Shown here piece after piece: positions 38,056 through 48,624 of a DNA stretch of 64,000 bases. A program made the translations under genes and the position numbers. Positions within the stretch are counted from its first letter, which is position 1, and the number at the start of each line of letters is the position of its first letter. Source of the DNA: a virus; the IMG/VR virus record IMGVR_UViG_3300042261_000588, positions 64,001 through 128,000 of that record, one strand, 5' to 3'. Under the pieces are notes generated by a model, which had not been told where the DNA came from, searched no databases, and was given only the letters and a program-made list of their open reading frames with translations.

Positions 38056-40568
38056 ATAAAAACACAAGAGATCAGATCAGGCAGTGGATTGCACAAAAGC
38101 AAGTTTCGGTAGTTGAGTTACCAACTTCTGTTGAAGTTCAAACTCAACCAACTCAACCAACTCAACCAACTCAACCAACGGAATTGGTGGAGCCTCGATC
38201 AGTCATTCGTGATGAAATCATTCTTGGAAACTGCATCAAAGAGTTGAAAAGGATTCCTAGCAATACTTTCACTGCAGTCATTTGCGATCCGCCGTATGGA
38301 TTGGAGTTCATGGGCAAGGAGTTCGATTCACCGTGGAAGCAGTTGTCAGGATGGCAAAACGGTGGTGGATTCTCGAAGCCGGGAATTGGGGATCGCAAGA
38401 CGGAATGGCCTTCGTTTAGTTCGACATCACTCTATGGAGGAGCTAATCCAACCTGTGGGACTTGTGGAGGCAGGGCAAGGGGAGAGAAAAAGTGTTCTTG
38501 CGAGACTCCGAATTGGAAGCCCATTGGGAAGCGAAAGAATCCTGAGAATGAGGGATTGCAGGATGATGTAACCAGCATGGGCCTTGCTAAACAGATGAAG
38601 ATGTTTCAGGAGTGGAACGAGGCTTGGGCAAAGGAAGTTTTGCGGGTGCTTAAGCCGGGTGGACATCTCCTGTCATTCGGTGGGTGCTATGATGAACACA
38701 CGGAAGTTTTAACCAAGAGAGGCTGGGTGCGATTTCCAGATGTAAGGGAGGATGATTTATTCGCATCTCTGATTCCCGAAACGCATATCGTGGAATGGCT
38801 CCCGGCCATCGAACGAGTGTGTTTGAGGCATACTGGCCCGATGTATCACTACAAGACCAATCTGATCGATCTCGTAGTGACGCCGAACCATAAGATGTTT
38901 GTGTCCACGGTTGGGGATAAGGAGCATTTCAGACTTGTAAGGGCAGACGAACATGGCAAGGCGATCCGAATGACGAAGACGAGTAGTGGGCAACTGGGAA
39001 GTGTGGCGGGTGGAGATTTCATATTGCCAGCAACGACGATTTCGGTTGGACATGGACACATTCGAGAAGTCCCCGAAAAACGTATTCCGATGAGTGCTTG
39101 GTTGCCGTTCTTTGGAATGTGGATTGCTGAAGGAAGTGCGTCTGTTGTCAAAGTCAAAACGGGTTATGGGTACAACGTGTCTATTGCTCATTTTGATCTT
39201 GATAATCTTCGAGAAATCAAGAGGTTGCTCGCTCCGTATTTCAATGCGATCATCGACGAGAAGCGTGGGAAGATGCGGATCAACGACAAGCAACTGACTG
39301 AGTATCTTCGTCAATTCGGAAAGGCGTGGGAGAAGTACATTCCAGAGTGGTTGAAGGGGTTGGATCAGGACGGGATACGGACATTTCTTGACTGGTATGC
39401 GAGGGTGGATGGAGACGACGATGGTCGAATCTATACTTGTTCTCATCATCTGAGGGATGGGGTGCAAGAGATTGCGATGTATGCCGGATGGGCGGCAGAT
39501 TGGACTGTTGCTTGTCCGAAAAAGATGCCGCCAAAGATTCGTGATGGAGAGATTCACTCTCGTCGTCCGCATTACATAATTCGATTACTAAAGGCACAGA
39601 TAAGGCCATCTTTGTATACTGGCGGGAAAGGCGGCAGGACCGAGATTTCAGAAGAGGAATGGGACGGCGGAAATGTGTACTGTGTGGAACTTATCAGAAA
39701 TCATACACTCTATGTAAGAAGGAATGGGAAGGCGGTGTGGTGTGGTAACACTCGAACCTATCATCGGATGGTTTGTGGGATCGAGGATGCTGGTTTTCAG
39801 ATTCGGGATAAGATAGATGAGTATTGCGAGCTTGACGGCTATCTGGCTTGGGTTCATGGACAAGGCTTTCCAAAAAGTTTGAATATCGGAAAGCAGATGG
39901 AGAAAATGGAGCGTGGGTGTTCACAGGGAAGACCCGATCCAGAGAGTCCTATGCATGGGAAGTGGAAAGGTGGAAAGTCTTTCGGTGGTGGGCAAGCGAT
40001 GTGGGCAGAAGGAGATGTTGTCAAATCAGAGGATAAGGAATTGACAGGTGATGCAAAATTGTGGGAAGGATACGGGACCAGTTTAAAGCCGGCGCATGAG
40101 CCTATTGCCGTTTTTGGTAAGGATTCAGAGCCTTTGAATCCAGACGTTTCTTTCAAGTATGAAGCCAAAGCTTCTGGAAAGGAACGCAATGCGGGTTGTG
40201 AGAATCTATTCTGGCTGAAAGGGGATGACGGCAAGGATGTCTTAATCTCGAAAGAAGACTATGACAGGATGGCAGTCGAGAATGAGTCTCGGAAGGATGA
40301 AGAAGGATTTCAGAAACATAACATTTCACAGGGCAACAATCATCCGACTGTAAAGCCATTGGACTTGATGAGATATTTAGTCCGTATGGCCAAAATGCCT
40401 GGCGACAATCTGATTCTCGATCCTTTTATGGGCAGTGGGACTCTCGGAGTTGCCTGTGTTCTGGAAGGATGTAACTTCGTGGGTATTGATATGGACGAGA
40501 ACTATGTCAAGATAGCGCAGGCACGAGTGGACTATGCCAAGAAACATGGGGAAGACGGATATAAGTGA
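38052..40568 (+). CDS. N4/N6 DNA methyltransferase (beta class) with intein
   Basis: DPPYG, GFPKS, LKPAHEP, HPTVKP, LDPFMGSGT. Confidence 0.9.
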   Translation: MNKNTRDQIRQWIAQKQVSVVELPTSVEVQTQPTQPTQPTQPTELVEPRSVIRDEIILGNCIKELKRIPSNTFTAVICDPPYGLEFMGKEFDSPWKQLSGWQNGGGFSKPGIGDRKTEWPSFSSTSLYGGANPTCGTCGGRARGEKKCSCETPNWKPIGKRKNPENEGLQDDVTSMGLAKQMKMFQEWNEAWAKEVLRVLKPGGHLLSFGGCYDEHTEVLTKRGWVRFPDVREDDLFASLIPETHIVEWLPAIERVCLRHTGPMYHYKTNLIDLVVTPNHKMFVSTVGDKEHFRLVRADEHGKAIRMTKTSSGQLGSVAGGDFILPATTISVGHGHIREVPEKRIPMSAWLPFFGMWIAEGSASVVKVKTGYGYNVSIAHFDLDNLREIKRLLAPYFNAIIDEKRGKMRINDKQLTEYLRQFGKAWEKYIPEWLKGLDQDGIRTFLDWYARVDGDDDGRIYTCSHHLRDGVQEIAMYAGWAADWTVACPKKMPPKIRDGEIHSRRPHYIIRLLKAQIRPSLYTGGKGGRTEISEEEWDGGNVYCVELIRNHTLYVRRNGKAVWCGNTRTYHRMVCGIEDAGFQIRDKIDEYCELDGYLAWVHGQGFPKSLNIGKQMEKMERGCSQGRPDPESPMHGKWKGGKSFGGGQAMWAEGDVVKSEDKELTGDAKLWEGYGTSLKPAHEPIAVFGKDSEPLNPDVSFKYEAKASGKERNAGCENLFWLKGDDGKDVLISKEDYDRMAVENESRKDEEGFQKHNISQGNNHPTVKPLDLMRYLVRMAKMPGDNLILDPFMGSGTLGVACVLEGCNFVGIDMDENYVKIAQARVDYAKKHGEDGYK
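38141..38179 (+). repeat. 9-bp tandem repeat (AACTCAACC x4) encoding (TQP)n
   Basis: seen directly. Confidence 0.85.
38685..39749 (+). mobile_element. intein (355 aa) with LAGLIDADG-type endonuclease
   Basis: starts CYDEHTEVLT, VTPNH, FFGMWIAEGS and WYARVDG blocks, ends VWCGN followed by Thr. Confidence 0.9.
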
Positions 40569-41206
40569 CCGGAACTCTTCATATTGTTCTTGCAATGAAA
40601 CCGATAGAAGGCAATTTTGTACAAAATGCCTTCAAGCATGGTGTTGCAGGTTTGAATATCGACGGGGCTAGGATCGGGTTTGCCAGTGAAAAGGATTTCA
40701 AGTCAGCGAAGTTCGGGACGCAGACAGACATAAGAGGCGGAGGGTTTGGCTCCAAGAGACCTTCTGATGGAAACGTATTGGCTAAAGGAGTCGAGGCTGA
40801 CGCCAAGGGTAGATGGCCGTCAAATGTCTTGCTCGGTCATCTTTCCGGCTGCAAGAAGATTGGAGTAAAGAAGGTCAGTGGGACGGCCACTTCTAATGGC
40901 GACGCAGAAATTGGCAAAGAGAGTAATGGCGTGGTAAAGTCATTGCGACGTGGTAAGTTCATAAATAGGACTATTGATGGTAAAGAAACGGTAGATGCGT
41001 GGGAGTGTCAAGAAGGCTGTCCTATTAAGGCCATGGATAAACAGAGTGGGAACAAGTGTGGGGCTGCCGCACCAGTTAAAGGGACAGAAGAGAGTGAGAC
41101 TGGACAGAATGGGATTTATGGCAGATATAAGAGAGTCGCCAGTTCTTTCCATGATGATGGTGTCGGTGGTGCTTCACGATTTTTCAAACAGGTAAAGGGA
41201 GATTGA
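40565..41206 (+). CDS. stand-alone DNA methyltransferase middle segment, copy 2
   Basis: paralog of 37447..38055 with the same conserved blocks. Confidence 0.7.
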   Translation: MTGTLHIVLAMKPIEGNFVQNAFKHGVAGLNIDGARIGFASEKDFKSAKFGTQTDIRGGGFGSKRPSDGNVLAKGVEADAKGRWPSNVLLGHLSGCKKIGVKKVSGTATSNGDAEIGKESNGVVKSLRRGKFINRTIDGKETVDAWECQEGCPIKAMDKQSGNKCGAAAPVKGTEESETGQNGIYGRYKRVASSFHDDGVGGASRFFKQVKGD

Positions 41207-41208
41207 CT

Positions 41209-41613
41209 ATGAATGAATGTAAGAAGATCGCTGTTGACTTTGATGGGGTTCTGGTAAAGTGTTTGCCATCGGATGTTGGTTACGTTCCTGATCGGTTCGG
41301 AGAGCCTATCCTCGTGATGATTGAACGAGTCAGGGGCTGGCTGTCAGAGGGTAAGGATGTTGTGATCTTTACAGCTCGTGTTCATCCAGCGAATCCAGAA
41401 GAAGCTGAGATTGCTAGGTTGGCTATTCAGAGGTTTTGCCTCAACAACTTCGGGATTGTCATGGAAGTCACTTGCATGAAGTCTCCAAAGATGGCTCGGT
41501 TTTATGATGATCTGGCTGTGACGGTGGAGCAAGATACTGGCAGAATCCTGACTCCGGGATTCGATGAAGAAAGAGAAGCTCCTGACGCACTTGGATCGTT
41601 GCTTTCGGAGTAG
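41209..41613 (+). CDS. HAD-superfamily phosphatase-like protein
   Basis: IAVDFDGVL, IFTAR, TCMK..YDD. Confidence 0.75.
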   Translation: MNECKKIAVDFDGVLVKCLPSDVGYVPDRFGEPILVMIERVRGWLSEGKDVVIFTARVHPANPEEAEIARLAIQRFCLNNFGIVMEVTCMKSPKMARFYDDLAVTVEQDTGRILTPGFDEEREAPDALGSLLSE

Positions 41614-41621
41614 AATGATCC

Positions 41622-42452
41622 ATGAATAATGAATTAAAATCTCCGGTTACGTTTCAGGGTGCCAAAGTCCGGTTGGCAAGTCAAATCGTTGATGTTCTAT
41701 GGGCGGGTAAAGATACGAAGTATTTCGATCTCTGTTGTGGCGGAGGTTCGATCTCGTTAGAGTTGTTTCGTCGAGGAGTCACTCCTGAGAATATCACCAT
41801 GATTGATGCCGGACCTTGGGGCAACTTTTGGCAGGCTATAGCCAATGGAAGTTTTGATCTGAGCGTCTTGAAGATGTTGTTGGATATGGTTCCGAATGAT
41901 AAGGGCAAGATTAGGGATCATATCGAGCGGTTGTCGAATACCAATGCCAGTGTAATGACTCCTTATGTCTATCTTGTGCTTCAAGCCAGCAGTTTTGGAG
42001 GCAAGGCGATATGGCGTGAAGGGGACAAGTGGAAGAATACGACGTTTAGGGGCTACTGGGAGCCCAAGGATGGCTGTAACAGGCAGTCCCATGTAAACCC
42101 TATGATGCCTATGCCGGACGAGCTGTATCGCCGTGTAGAGGCTATTGTGAGAAGCGAGCTTTATGGCAGGGTCAAAGGACGGCAGGATGTATTACCCGGA
42201 TGCATAGAAGGTTTGGGACATGGTGTGGCATACATTGATCCTCCTTACAAGGGTGCTACTGGTTATGGACGGTTTTTCGATGTGATTTCGGCGGCGAAGA
42301 AGTTTGGTGGTGTCTGCTACGTTACAGAAGGAGTTCCACTGACGGAAGAAGCTTACAAGCTTTCGGAACACAGACAAAAGGGTGGAGTTAGTGGGAATCG
42401 AGAAAGGAAACAGGAAGAATGGATAAGCATATTCAGAAACAAGGCACTGTAA
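41622..42452 (+). CDS. D12-class DNA adenine methyltransferase-like protein
   Basis: FQGAK, DLCCGGGS, YIDPPY. Confidence 0.75.
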   Translation: MNNELKSPVTFQGAKVRLASQIVDVLWAGKDTKYFDLCCGGGSISLELFRRGVTPENITMIDAGPWGNFWQAIANGSFDLSVLKMLLDMVPNDKGKIRDHIERLSNTNASVMTPYVYLVLQASSFGGKAIWREGDKWKNTTFRGYWEPKDGCNRQSHVNPMMPMPDELYRRVEAIVRSELYGRVKGRQDVLPGCIEGLGHGVAYIDPPYKGATGYGRFFDVISAAKKFGGVCYVTEGVPLTEEAYKLSEHRQKGGVSGNRERKQEEWISIFRNKAL

Positions 42453-43786
42453 CAGATAATGAAATCGTTTCGGTGTTTCCCGTCGAGGCTCGTAAACGGT
42501 TATTGCCGACGTTAATTTCCAGATTGGTCATGGGAGCTAATGTAATTAGTCCTTGGCATGGGAGGCAAGACGTTGTTGTTATCGAGGATGTGTATGGATT
42601 GACGAAATTAAGCGTTCAGGACTTCGCCATAGCCAAGGAAGTTGCGGAGAGGATTACCAAGGAACTTGGATTACAAATGATTGTGCCGTCACATCAAGTA
42701 TTGGTTATTCGAGACAGGGCGCAGGAGATTGTCGCTTCGATGACGGATTGTCGTGCGGGCAAGAAGGGCATTATCATGCTCAAGGATCAAGGTGGTTGTG
42801 GATATTGGAGGATGTCGCTTCCTGCAAAATACATTAATCGGGATGGGATATACATTGATGTTACCGGAGGGACATTGGGATTAGATGGTTTGTTGGAGTA
42901 TGATACGATCTTTGTTCAGCGTGTATGCAATTGGGATTACTTACTTGTTTTGGAGAGATTGAAGAAAGCTGGGAAAAGGATCGTTTACGATGTTGATGAT
43001 GATATTTTTGCAATTCCGAGTGACAATCCTGCCTCAAAGGGAATGGGACGATCAGAGCAGATGGCGGCGGTTGAGTGCATGAAGATTGCTGATGTTGTTA
43101 CAACTACGACAAGTATATTGCAGGAACGATTTACTTCATTGCTTGGTCGTGCTCCGGTTGTAGTGCCTAATGCTATTGACCCAGATGACGGTTGGAATCC
43201 AACTCCGATGACGGGAAGTCCGGATGGCAAGAAGAGAATTTTCTGGCAGGGAAGCAACACACATGACGAAGACTGGAATGAGTGTTTTGATGCAGTAGAT
43301 CGAGTCATGAAAAAGAGGTCGGATGTTAGAGTCGTCATCATGGGGTTCTTGCCCACTCTAGTGAAGGAGAGTCTCGGAGAGCCACATTGGAAGGATCGGG
43401 TTGAATACATTGGGTCGATGGCTCCAGAGGCATATTTCAGACTTATTAAACATGTTCGAGGGGATGTGGGACTGGCACCACTTCGGCATGAACACTTTAA
43501 TCTTGGCAAATCGTCCATAAAGTGGATCGAGAACAGTGTCATCGGTATGCCAACAGTTGCATCGGATGTTGCGCCTTATTCAGATGTGATAGAACATGGA
43601 GTCGATGGATTCATTTGTTCGGATACGGATGAGTGGGAAGACGCCATTGATGTGTGTCTTGATAATGATAGTGTGAGACGGCAGGTGGTTGAAAATGCTC
43701 GGGTAAAGGTGCGTCGGGAGTTCAACATCAAGACAGTTTCTGAGACATGGCGGAGAGTGTTGGTTGGAGATGATCGAAATGGGTGA
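42419..43786 (+). CDS. GT-B (family 4-like) glycosyltransferase; start uncertain
   Basis: GCGYWRM..P, YDVDDD, VVPNAID, WQGSNTH, KS.IKWIE..G.P.VAS. Confidence 0.82.
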   Translation: MDKHIQKQGTVTDNEIVSVFPVEARKRLLPTLISRLVMGANVISPWHGRQDVVVIEDVYGLTKLSVQDFAIAKEVAERITKELGLQMIVPSHQVLVIRDRAQEIVASMTDCRAGKKGIIMLKDQGGCGYWRMSLPAKYINRDGIYIDVTGGTLGLDGLLEYDTIFVQRVCNWDYLLVLERLKKAGKRIVYDVDDDIFAIPSDNPASKGMGRSEQMAAVECMKIADVVTTTTSILQERFTSLLGRAPVVVPNAIDPDDGWNPTPMTGSPDGKKRIFWQGSNTHDEDWNECFDAVDRVMKKRSDVRVVIMGFLPTLVKESLGEPHWKDRVEYIGSMAPEAYFRLIKHVRGDVGLAPLRHEHFNLGKSSIKWIENSVIGMPTVASDVAPYSDVIEHGVDGFICSDTDEWEDAIDVCLDNDSVRRQVVENARVKVRREFNIKTVSETWRRVLVGDDRNG

Positions 43787-44055
43787 TTAAATAGTGGATA
43801 GGAACATTTCAGTCTGTATTGAGAACAAATGTCTGGAGTGAAATTCAAGTGATCTGGTTGTTCCGAGTGATTGCCCGTATGAGATATTCCACCCTTTGGA
43901 ATTAGATACGAGCAGAATGCAGATTAAGAAATGGATTGATATGCAAATACTGAAGTGGAGGGATAAGAACTTGGGAAAGATTGATGGCTCCTAGTTGGGT
44001 GGTTCATAGTAACATTTCCTTTATATTTATCCTATCTATGAAAGGGAGAATAATC

Positions 44056-45009
44056 ATGAGAGACTTTTTTGCTGGCTTGAGACTGGTGTTGGCTTATACT
44101 AATCTAGAGAAGATGAATATTGGGGCTATTGCTCATCAGTTCATCCGTGATACGATTATCCCCAGTCTTCAGAAAAGGAGGGGAAAAGCGAAGACGGATA
44201 CTGATATAGATAGGTATGACCGGCTGATCGAGCAATATGAGTTGTATTCAGATATGAGGAATCCCGAAGCGAAGGTTTTTGATTCTGTGGCGGCAAATAT
44301 TATTCGTCGTCGTGCCCAGCAGTCTGGTTTGAATGATGAGGATACGGAAGACTTGATGCAGACATTGGCTCTTGGATTTTTCCAGCCATTACGTGTGGAT
44401 GGAAACGATCTCAGGCAAACGATGGAGAAGTATATGAAGGATCAGGAAAAGGGTCCTCTATTTCTGAAAAACTATTGGGCTCATATTGTAGACCTTCGGA
44501 CGAAGTATTTCATTCGTGAATGGCAGAGAAAGCATCAGGAAACGACTTTTCCTCGTGAGGAGAACGATGAAGGTGAAGAACTTGACCCAATGGTCAATAT
44601 ACGCGCTCCGTCTCAAACAGATGAAGGTTATGTTCGCCAAGTAATGAAGGATTTGGAGAGTTATGTCCATAAGAATGCTCGTAACTCCAAATATTCAGAA
44701 TTGTTTGATGTTTGGTTCGACCTTGCTCAGAAGAAGGGCGCTGATAAAGTGAATATGCATCGGGATGTTTATCCGGTGCTTAGAGATCGTGGATTTGAAG
44801 GAACTGAGCCAACTTTCAATTATCACTGGATGGCACTCAAGCAGATCATTGCGAGATTCTTCCAAAATGAGCTTGATGGCGAGGGATATAGTGGAATCAA
44901 AAAGATTCTTCGGATGAGTTCTGTGGAGTTTGTCGCATATGCTGAGTATCGCAAGCGTCTGGCTGCTTGGATGCTTAGTGGAGCTGTTCGCAATCTGTTA
45001 GAATCTTAA
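44056..45009 (+). CDS. hypothetical protein, possibly a divergent sigma-like factor
   Basis: DTEDLMQ..YWAHIV..TKYFIR resembles sigma region 2; weak. Confidence 0.45.
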   Translation: MRDFFAGLRLVLAYTNLEKMNIGAIAHQFIRDTIIPSLQKRRGKAKTDTDIDRYDRLIEQYELYSDMRNPEAKVFDSVAANIIRRRAQQSGLNDEDTEDLMQTLALGFFQPLRVDGNDLRQTMEKYMKDQEKGPLFLKNYWAHIVDLRTKYFIREWQRKHQETTFPREENDEGEELDPMVNIRAPSQTDEGYVRQVMKDLESYVHKNARNSKYSELFDVWFDLAQKKGADKVNMHRDVYPVLRDRGFEGTEPTFNYHWMALKQIIARFFQNELDGEGYSGIKKILRMSSVEFVAYAEYRKRLAAWMLSGAVRNLLES

Positions 45010-45076
45010 GCGATAGTTGGTTCAAGACTGACGAGTGCGGCAATGCCGTGCTACGATTTATGAATGGAGATGAAGT

Positions 45077-45553
45077 ATGGTTCCGGCCTATGATTACGGT
45101 TGTAGTAACTGTGATAAAACATTTGAGGTTCGGCATCCTATGAAGGAATCGCCGATTGTCGTCTGTCCCAAATGTTCGTCTCGTTCTACATATAAGGTTC
45201 CTACCTTAATTGGGATTGTAACTCGTTCCAGTCGATCTATCGGGATGGATCGTGCCGTGGACCAGGTAAAACGGAATGTCGAGATGCAGGATGAGATGAG
45301 GAGAGATATGGGTATCGAGAATATTTCCCCTCTTCGTGGTTCCACAATGAAGCAGATCTATGATGATGCCAAGGCTCAGAAATCAGAGATCAAGGAAAGC
45401 ATGGCGGCACAAGCAGAGAAGAGGTCAAAGGAGACGGCTTTAAAGCAAAGGGAGTGGTCAAGAAAGGCTTTGCAGAGGATGCCACAGAGACGGAAAGAGA
45501 TGTCTGAGAGAAAGGCTGCTGAAGCGTCAGCTAAAAGGGCTATCAGGATTTGA
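45077..45553 (+). CDS. FmdB-family Zn-ribbon protein
   Basis: PAYDYGCSNC..FEV..CPKCSS. Confidence 0.75.
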   Translation: MVPAYDYGCSNCDKTFEVRHPMKESPIVVCPKCSSRSTYKVPTLIGIVTRSSRSIGMDRAVDQVKRNVEMQDEMRRDMGIENISPLRGSTMKQIYDDAKAQKSEIKESMAAQAEKRSKETALKQREWSRKALQRMPQRRKEMSERKAAEASAKRAIRI

Positions 45554-45834
45554 AAAAGAAACCAGAAACAGATGTTAATATCACATGCGAAGTGTTTCGC
45601 GTGCTTCGGAGTGACCCGGTAGGTGATACATCAACCAATCGGGCCGAACTCAGAATTGTAAAATGGTCAGGAGGTAAAACACGAGTATTGGAAAAACGAA
45701 GGGTTTGGAATCTAAAGAACGGGACTTTGCGTTGCAGACAATTAGTAGGACTTTCTGCCGATGATGTAGAGTGCATCGTGGCAAACAAAAACGAAATCAT
45801 AACGATCTTACAAGGAGTTTCAAATGAAGCATGA
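45550..45834 (+). CDS. PC4/YdbC-like ssDNA-binding protein
   Basis: ELRIVKW...LEKRRVW...GLS. Confidence 0.5.
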   Translation: MKKKPETDVNITCEVFRVLRSDPVGDTSTNRAELRIVKWSGGKTRVLEKRRVWNLKNGTLRCRQLVGLSADDVECIVANKNEIITILQGVSNEA

Positions 45835-47728
45835 TCTTCCGACTGCCTACCAAGAATTCATTCATTTATCGAGATACGCCAGATGGATAGATGGCGAGGG
45901 AAGACGGGAAACATGGCATGAGACTGTAGATCGGTATATTACATTCTTCGATAAGACTTGTGGTGGAAAGATTCCCAAAGAGACGTTGGAGGAGATTAGG
46001 GAGGCTATTCTAAATCTTGAGGTGATGCCTTCTATGCGTTGTTTGATGACGGCGGGAAAGGCTTTGGAGCTAGACCATGCCGCAGCTTTTAACTGCTCTA
46101 CAATGGCTATCAATCACCCATTCGCATTTGATGAGTTGTTGTATTTATTGATGCTTGGAACAGGATGCGGGATTTCGGTTGAGCGTCAATTTTTAGTGAG
46201 TCTGCCCGTTATCGCCGAAAGTTTTCGAACATCGAAAAGTGTTATTAAAGTCGAGGACTCCAGAATTGGATGGGCAAATGCTCTTCGAGAGATGATTGGG
46301 ATGTTGTATCAAGGTCGTATTCCTGAATGGGATGTATCTGGTGTGCGTCCAGCAGGAGCTAAGTTAAAGACTTTTGGTGGAAGGTCTAGCGGACCAGAAC
46401 CTTTGGTTGATTTGTTTAAATTTGTGATTGAGATATTCAAGGGAGCATCTGGAAGAAGGTTGAATTCGATAGAATGTCACGATATTTGCTGTAAGATCGC
46501 CGAAGTTGTTGTCTCTGGTGGAGTCAGGCGTAGCGCTATTCTATCTTTGACAAATCCGTCGGATGATAGAATGAGACATGCTAAAGATGGCAATTGGTTC
46601 GAGACAACTCCGTGGAGATCAATGGCGAACATCAGTGCTGCATACACCGAGAAGCCAAGTATGGATGTATTCTTCAGGGAGTGGTTAGCACTATATGAAT
46701 CAAAAAGTGGAGAGCGTGGAATCTTCAATCGTGAGGCAGCAAAAGCGCAAGCATTGAAGTATGGTCGTCGTGATCCCAATCACGAGTTTCTATGCAATCC
46801 TTGTTCGGAAATTTTGGCACGAGATCAAGGGTTGTGCAATCTATCCGAGGTTGTTATACGACCGAAAGATGATTTGAAGTCGCTGCTTAGAAAAGCGAGG
46901 ATCGCCGCTATCATGGGGACAATGCAGGCAACTTTGACAAACTTTCGATATCTTCGTTCTACATGGAAGAAAAATGCCGACGAAGAAGCCTTGTTGGGAG
47001 TTAGCTTGACAGGAATCATGGACAACGAAGTTATGTCAGGTAGAAAAGGGAAAAGAGAACTGGCAGAAATTCTTGAAAAATTGAGGCTTCATGTAGTGTC
47101 AGTGAACAAGGAATGGTCTAAGATTCTCGGAATCAATCAAGCAGCAGCGACGACTTGTATAAAGCCGAGCGGAACTGTCGGTCAGTTGAATGACTGTGCC
47201 AGCGGAATTCATCCTCGTTACTCAGGAATGTATATCAGGAGAGTCCGTTGTGATAAGCATGATCCTCTGGCAAAAATGATGATAGATGCCGGATTCCCAG
47301 CAGAAGATGATGTGATGAGGCCAGAGCGTCAGGTGGTATTCTCCTTTCCAATGAGATCGCCGGAGGGAGCAATTACTACTGATGATGTGACGGCAATTGA
47401 GCAGCTTGAATTGTGGAAAGTCTATCAGACACATTGGGCTGAACATAAGATCAGCATGACAGTTTATGTTGGAGAGTCGGAGTGGATGGAGGTTGGTGCA
47501 TGGGTTTATAAAAACTTCGACTTGATGAGTGGCATAGCTTTTCTGCCTCGCATCCATCATAGTTATAAGCAAACTCCTTATGAGACTATAACTGAAAATA
47601 AGTGTGTTGAACTTGAGGCAGGAATGCCAAAGGATGTGGATTGGTCGAAGATTAGGGAATATGAGAAGGATGACGCAACTACCAATGCCAGAGAGATTGC
47701 CTGTTCAGCAGGTCAATGCGAGCTTTAA
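45824..47728 (+). CDS. nrdJ: class II (B12-dependent) ribonucleotide reductase
   Basis: RRETW.ETV.RY, PSMR, FNC, GGVRRSA, NPCSE, TCIKPSGT, C-terminal CSAGQCEL. Confidence 0.92.
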   Translation: MKHDLPTAYQEFIHLSRYARWIDGEGRRETWHETVDRYITFFDKTCGGKIPKETLEEIREAILNLEVMPSMRCLMTAGKALELDHAAAFNCSTMAINHPFAFDELLYLLMLGTGCGISVERQFLVSLPVIAESFRTSKSVIKVEDSRIGWANALREMIGMLYQGRIPEWDVSGVRPAGAKLKTFGGRSSGPEPLVDLFKFVIEIFKGASGRRLNSIECHDICCKIAEVVVSGGVRRSAILSLTNPSDDRMRHAKDGNWFETTPWRSMANISAAYTEKPSMDVFFREWLALYESKSGERGIFNREAAKAQALKYGRRDPNHEFLCNPCSEILARDQGLCNLSEVVIRPKDDLKSLLRKARIAAIMGTMQATLTNFRYLRSTWKKNADEEALLGVSLTGIMDNEVMSGRKGKRELAEILEKLRLHVVSVNKEWSKILGINQAAATTCIKPSGTVGQLNDCASGIHPRYSGMYIRRVRCDKHDPLAKMMIDAGFPAEDDVMRPERQVVFSFPMRSPEGAITTDDVTAIEQLELWKVYQTHWAEHKISMTVYVGESEWMEVGAWVYKNFDLMSGIAFLPRIHHSYKQTPYETITENKCVELEAGMPKDVDWSKIREYEKDDATTNAREIACSAGQCEL

Positions 47729-47988
47729 GCGTGAAAGGATTATGAGCGACCCTTTTCAAAGTGCTTGACTTGGCTCGACAAGTGAATGGAGGAACAGGTC
47801 GGGAATTTACTGGTGAGTTCCATCCAGACCATGAAGCTGTCGAGGCATGGAGAACGCCGTTATCACAAAAAGATGATGGGGAGTTCAGGTATGGAAATAA
47901 GAGTCCGACAGAATTACGTCGGATGATCGAGGGTCCCGGAGGAGTATGGGAAGAATTATGAGTGAAAGATTTTTAAGGGAGTGTGATT

Positions 47989-48624
47989 ATGCTGTCTGAT
48001 CCGATTGTGAAAAAGATGAAGTTGGCAGAATTGAAGCCAGCAGACTATAACCCGAGAAAGATTACCGACGAGGCGTTTGATGGACTTGGAGAGTCAATCT
48101 CTCAGTTCGGCATGCTTTCTCATATTGTTTGGAACAAGAGAAGTGGGAATATCGTAGGAGGACATCAGCGATATAAACATCTCATAAAGATGGGCGAAGT
48201 CGAAACAGATGTCGTTGTTGTCGACTTGGATGACAACGAAGAAGTCGCTCTTAACATCACCCTGAATAGTAAAATGGTGAGAGGTGATTTTACGAGCGAC
48301 GTAATGGATATTCTCAGAGAGACTGAGGCACGACTAGGAAGCGCCTTTCAAAAAATCGGATTGCTCGATCTTTTTGGACATCTAAAAAGTCGTGGATTAG
48401 AAAAAGAGCCCAAGAAAAAGAAGACTACTAAAACTAGTGAGCCGAAGAAGTCGAAAACATCTAGTAGTTCTTTAAATGATGGCGACGTTGAGCCTCCGAA
48501 GAGTGATGGAAAGCCGCAGGCTATGATAACTTGTCCAAAGTGCCGGAGTCAGTGGAAGTTGACTGATAACGAGGTTGTTTACAACGGGGTGTTGAATCAG
48601 GGCAATAAGATTGGAGCCAATTAA
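47989..48624 (+). CDS. ParB/Srx N-terminal-domain protein 1
   Basis: YNPRKI, IVWNKRSGNIVGGHQR, LNITLN, C-terminal CPKC. Confidence 0.85.
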   Translation: MLSDPIVKKMKLAELKPADYNPRKITDEAFDGLGESISQFGMLSHIVWNKRSGNIVGGHQRYKHLIKMGEVETDVVVVDLDDNEEVALNITLNSKMVRGDFTSDVMDILRETEARLGSAFQKIGLLDLFGHLKSRGLEKEPKKKKTTKTSEPKKSKTSSSSLNDGDVEPPKSDGKPQAMITCPKCRSQWKLTDNEVVYNGVLNQGNKIGAN

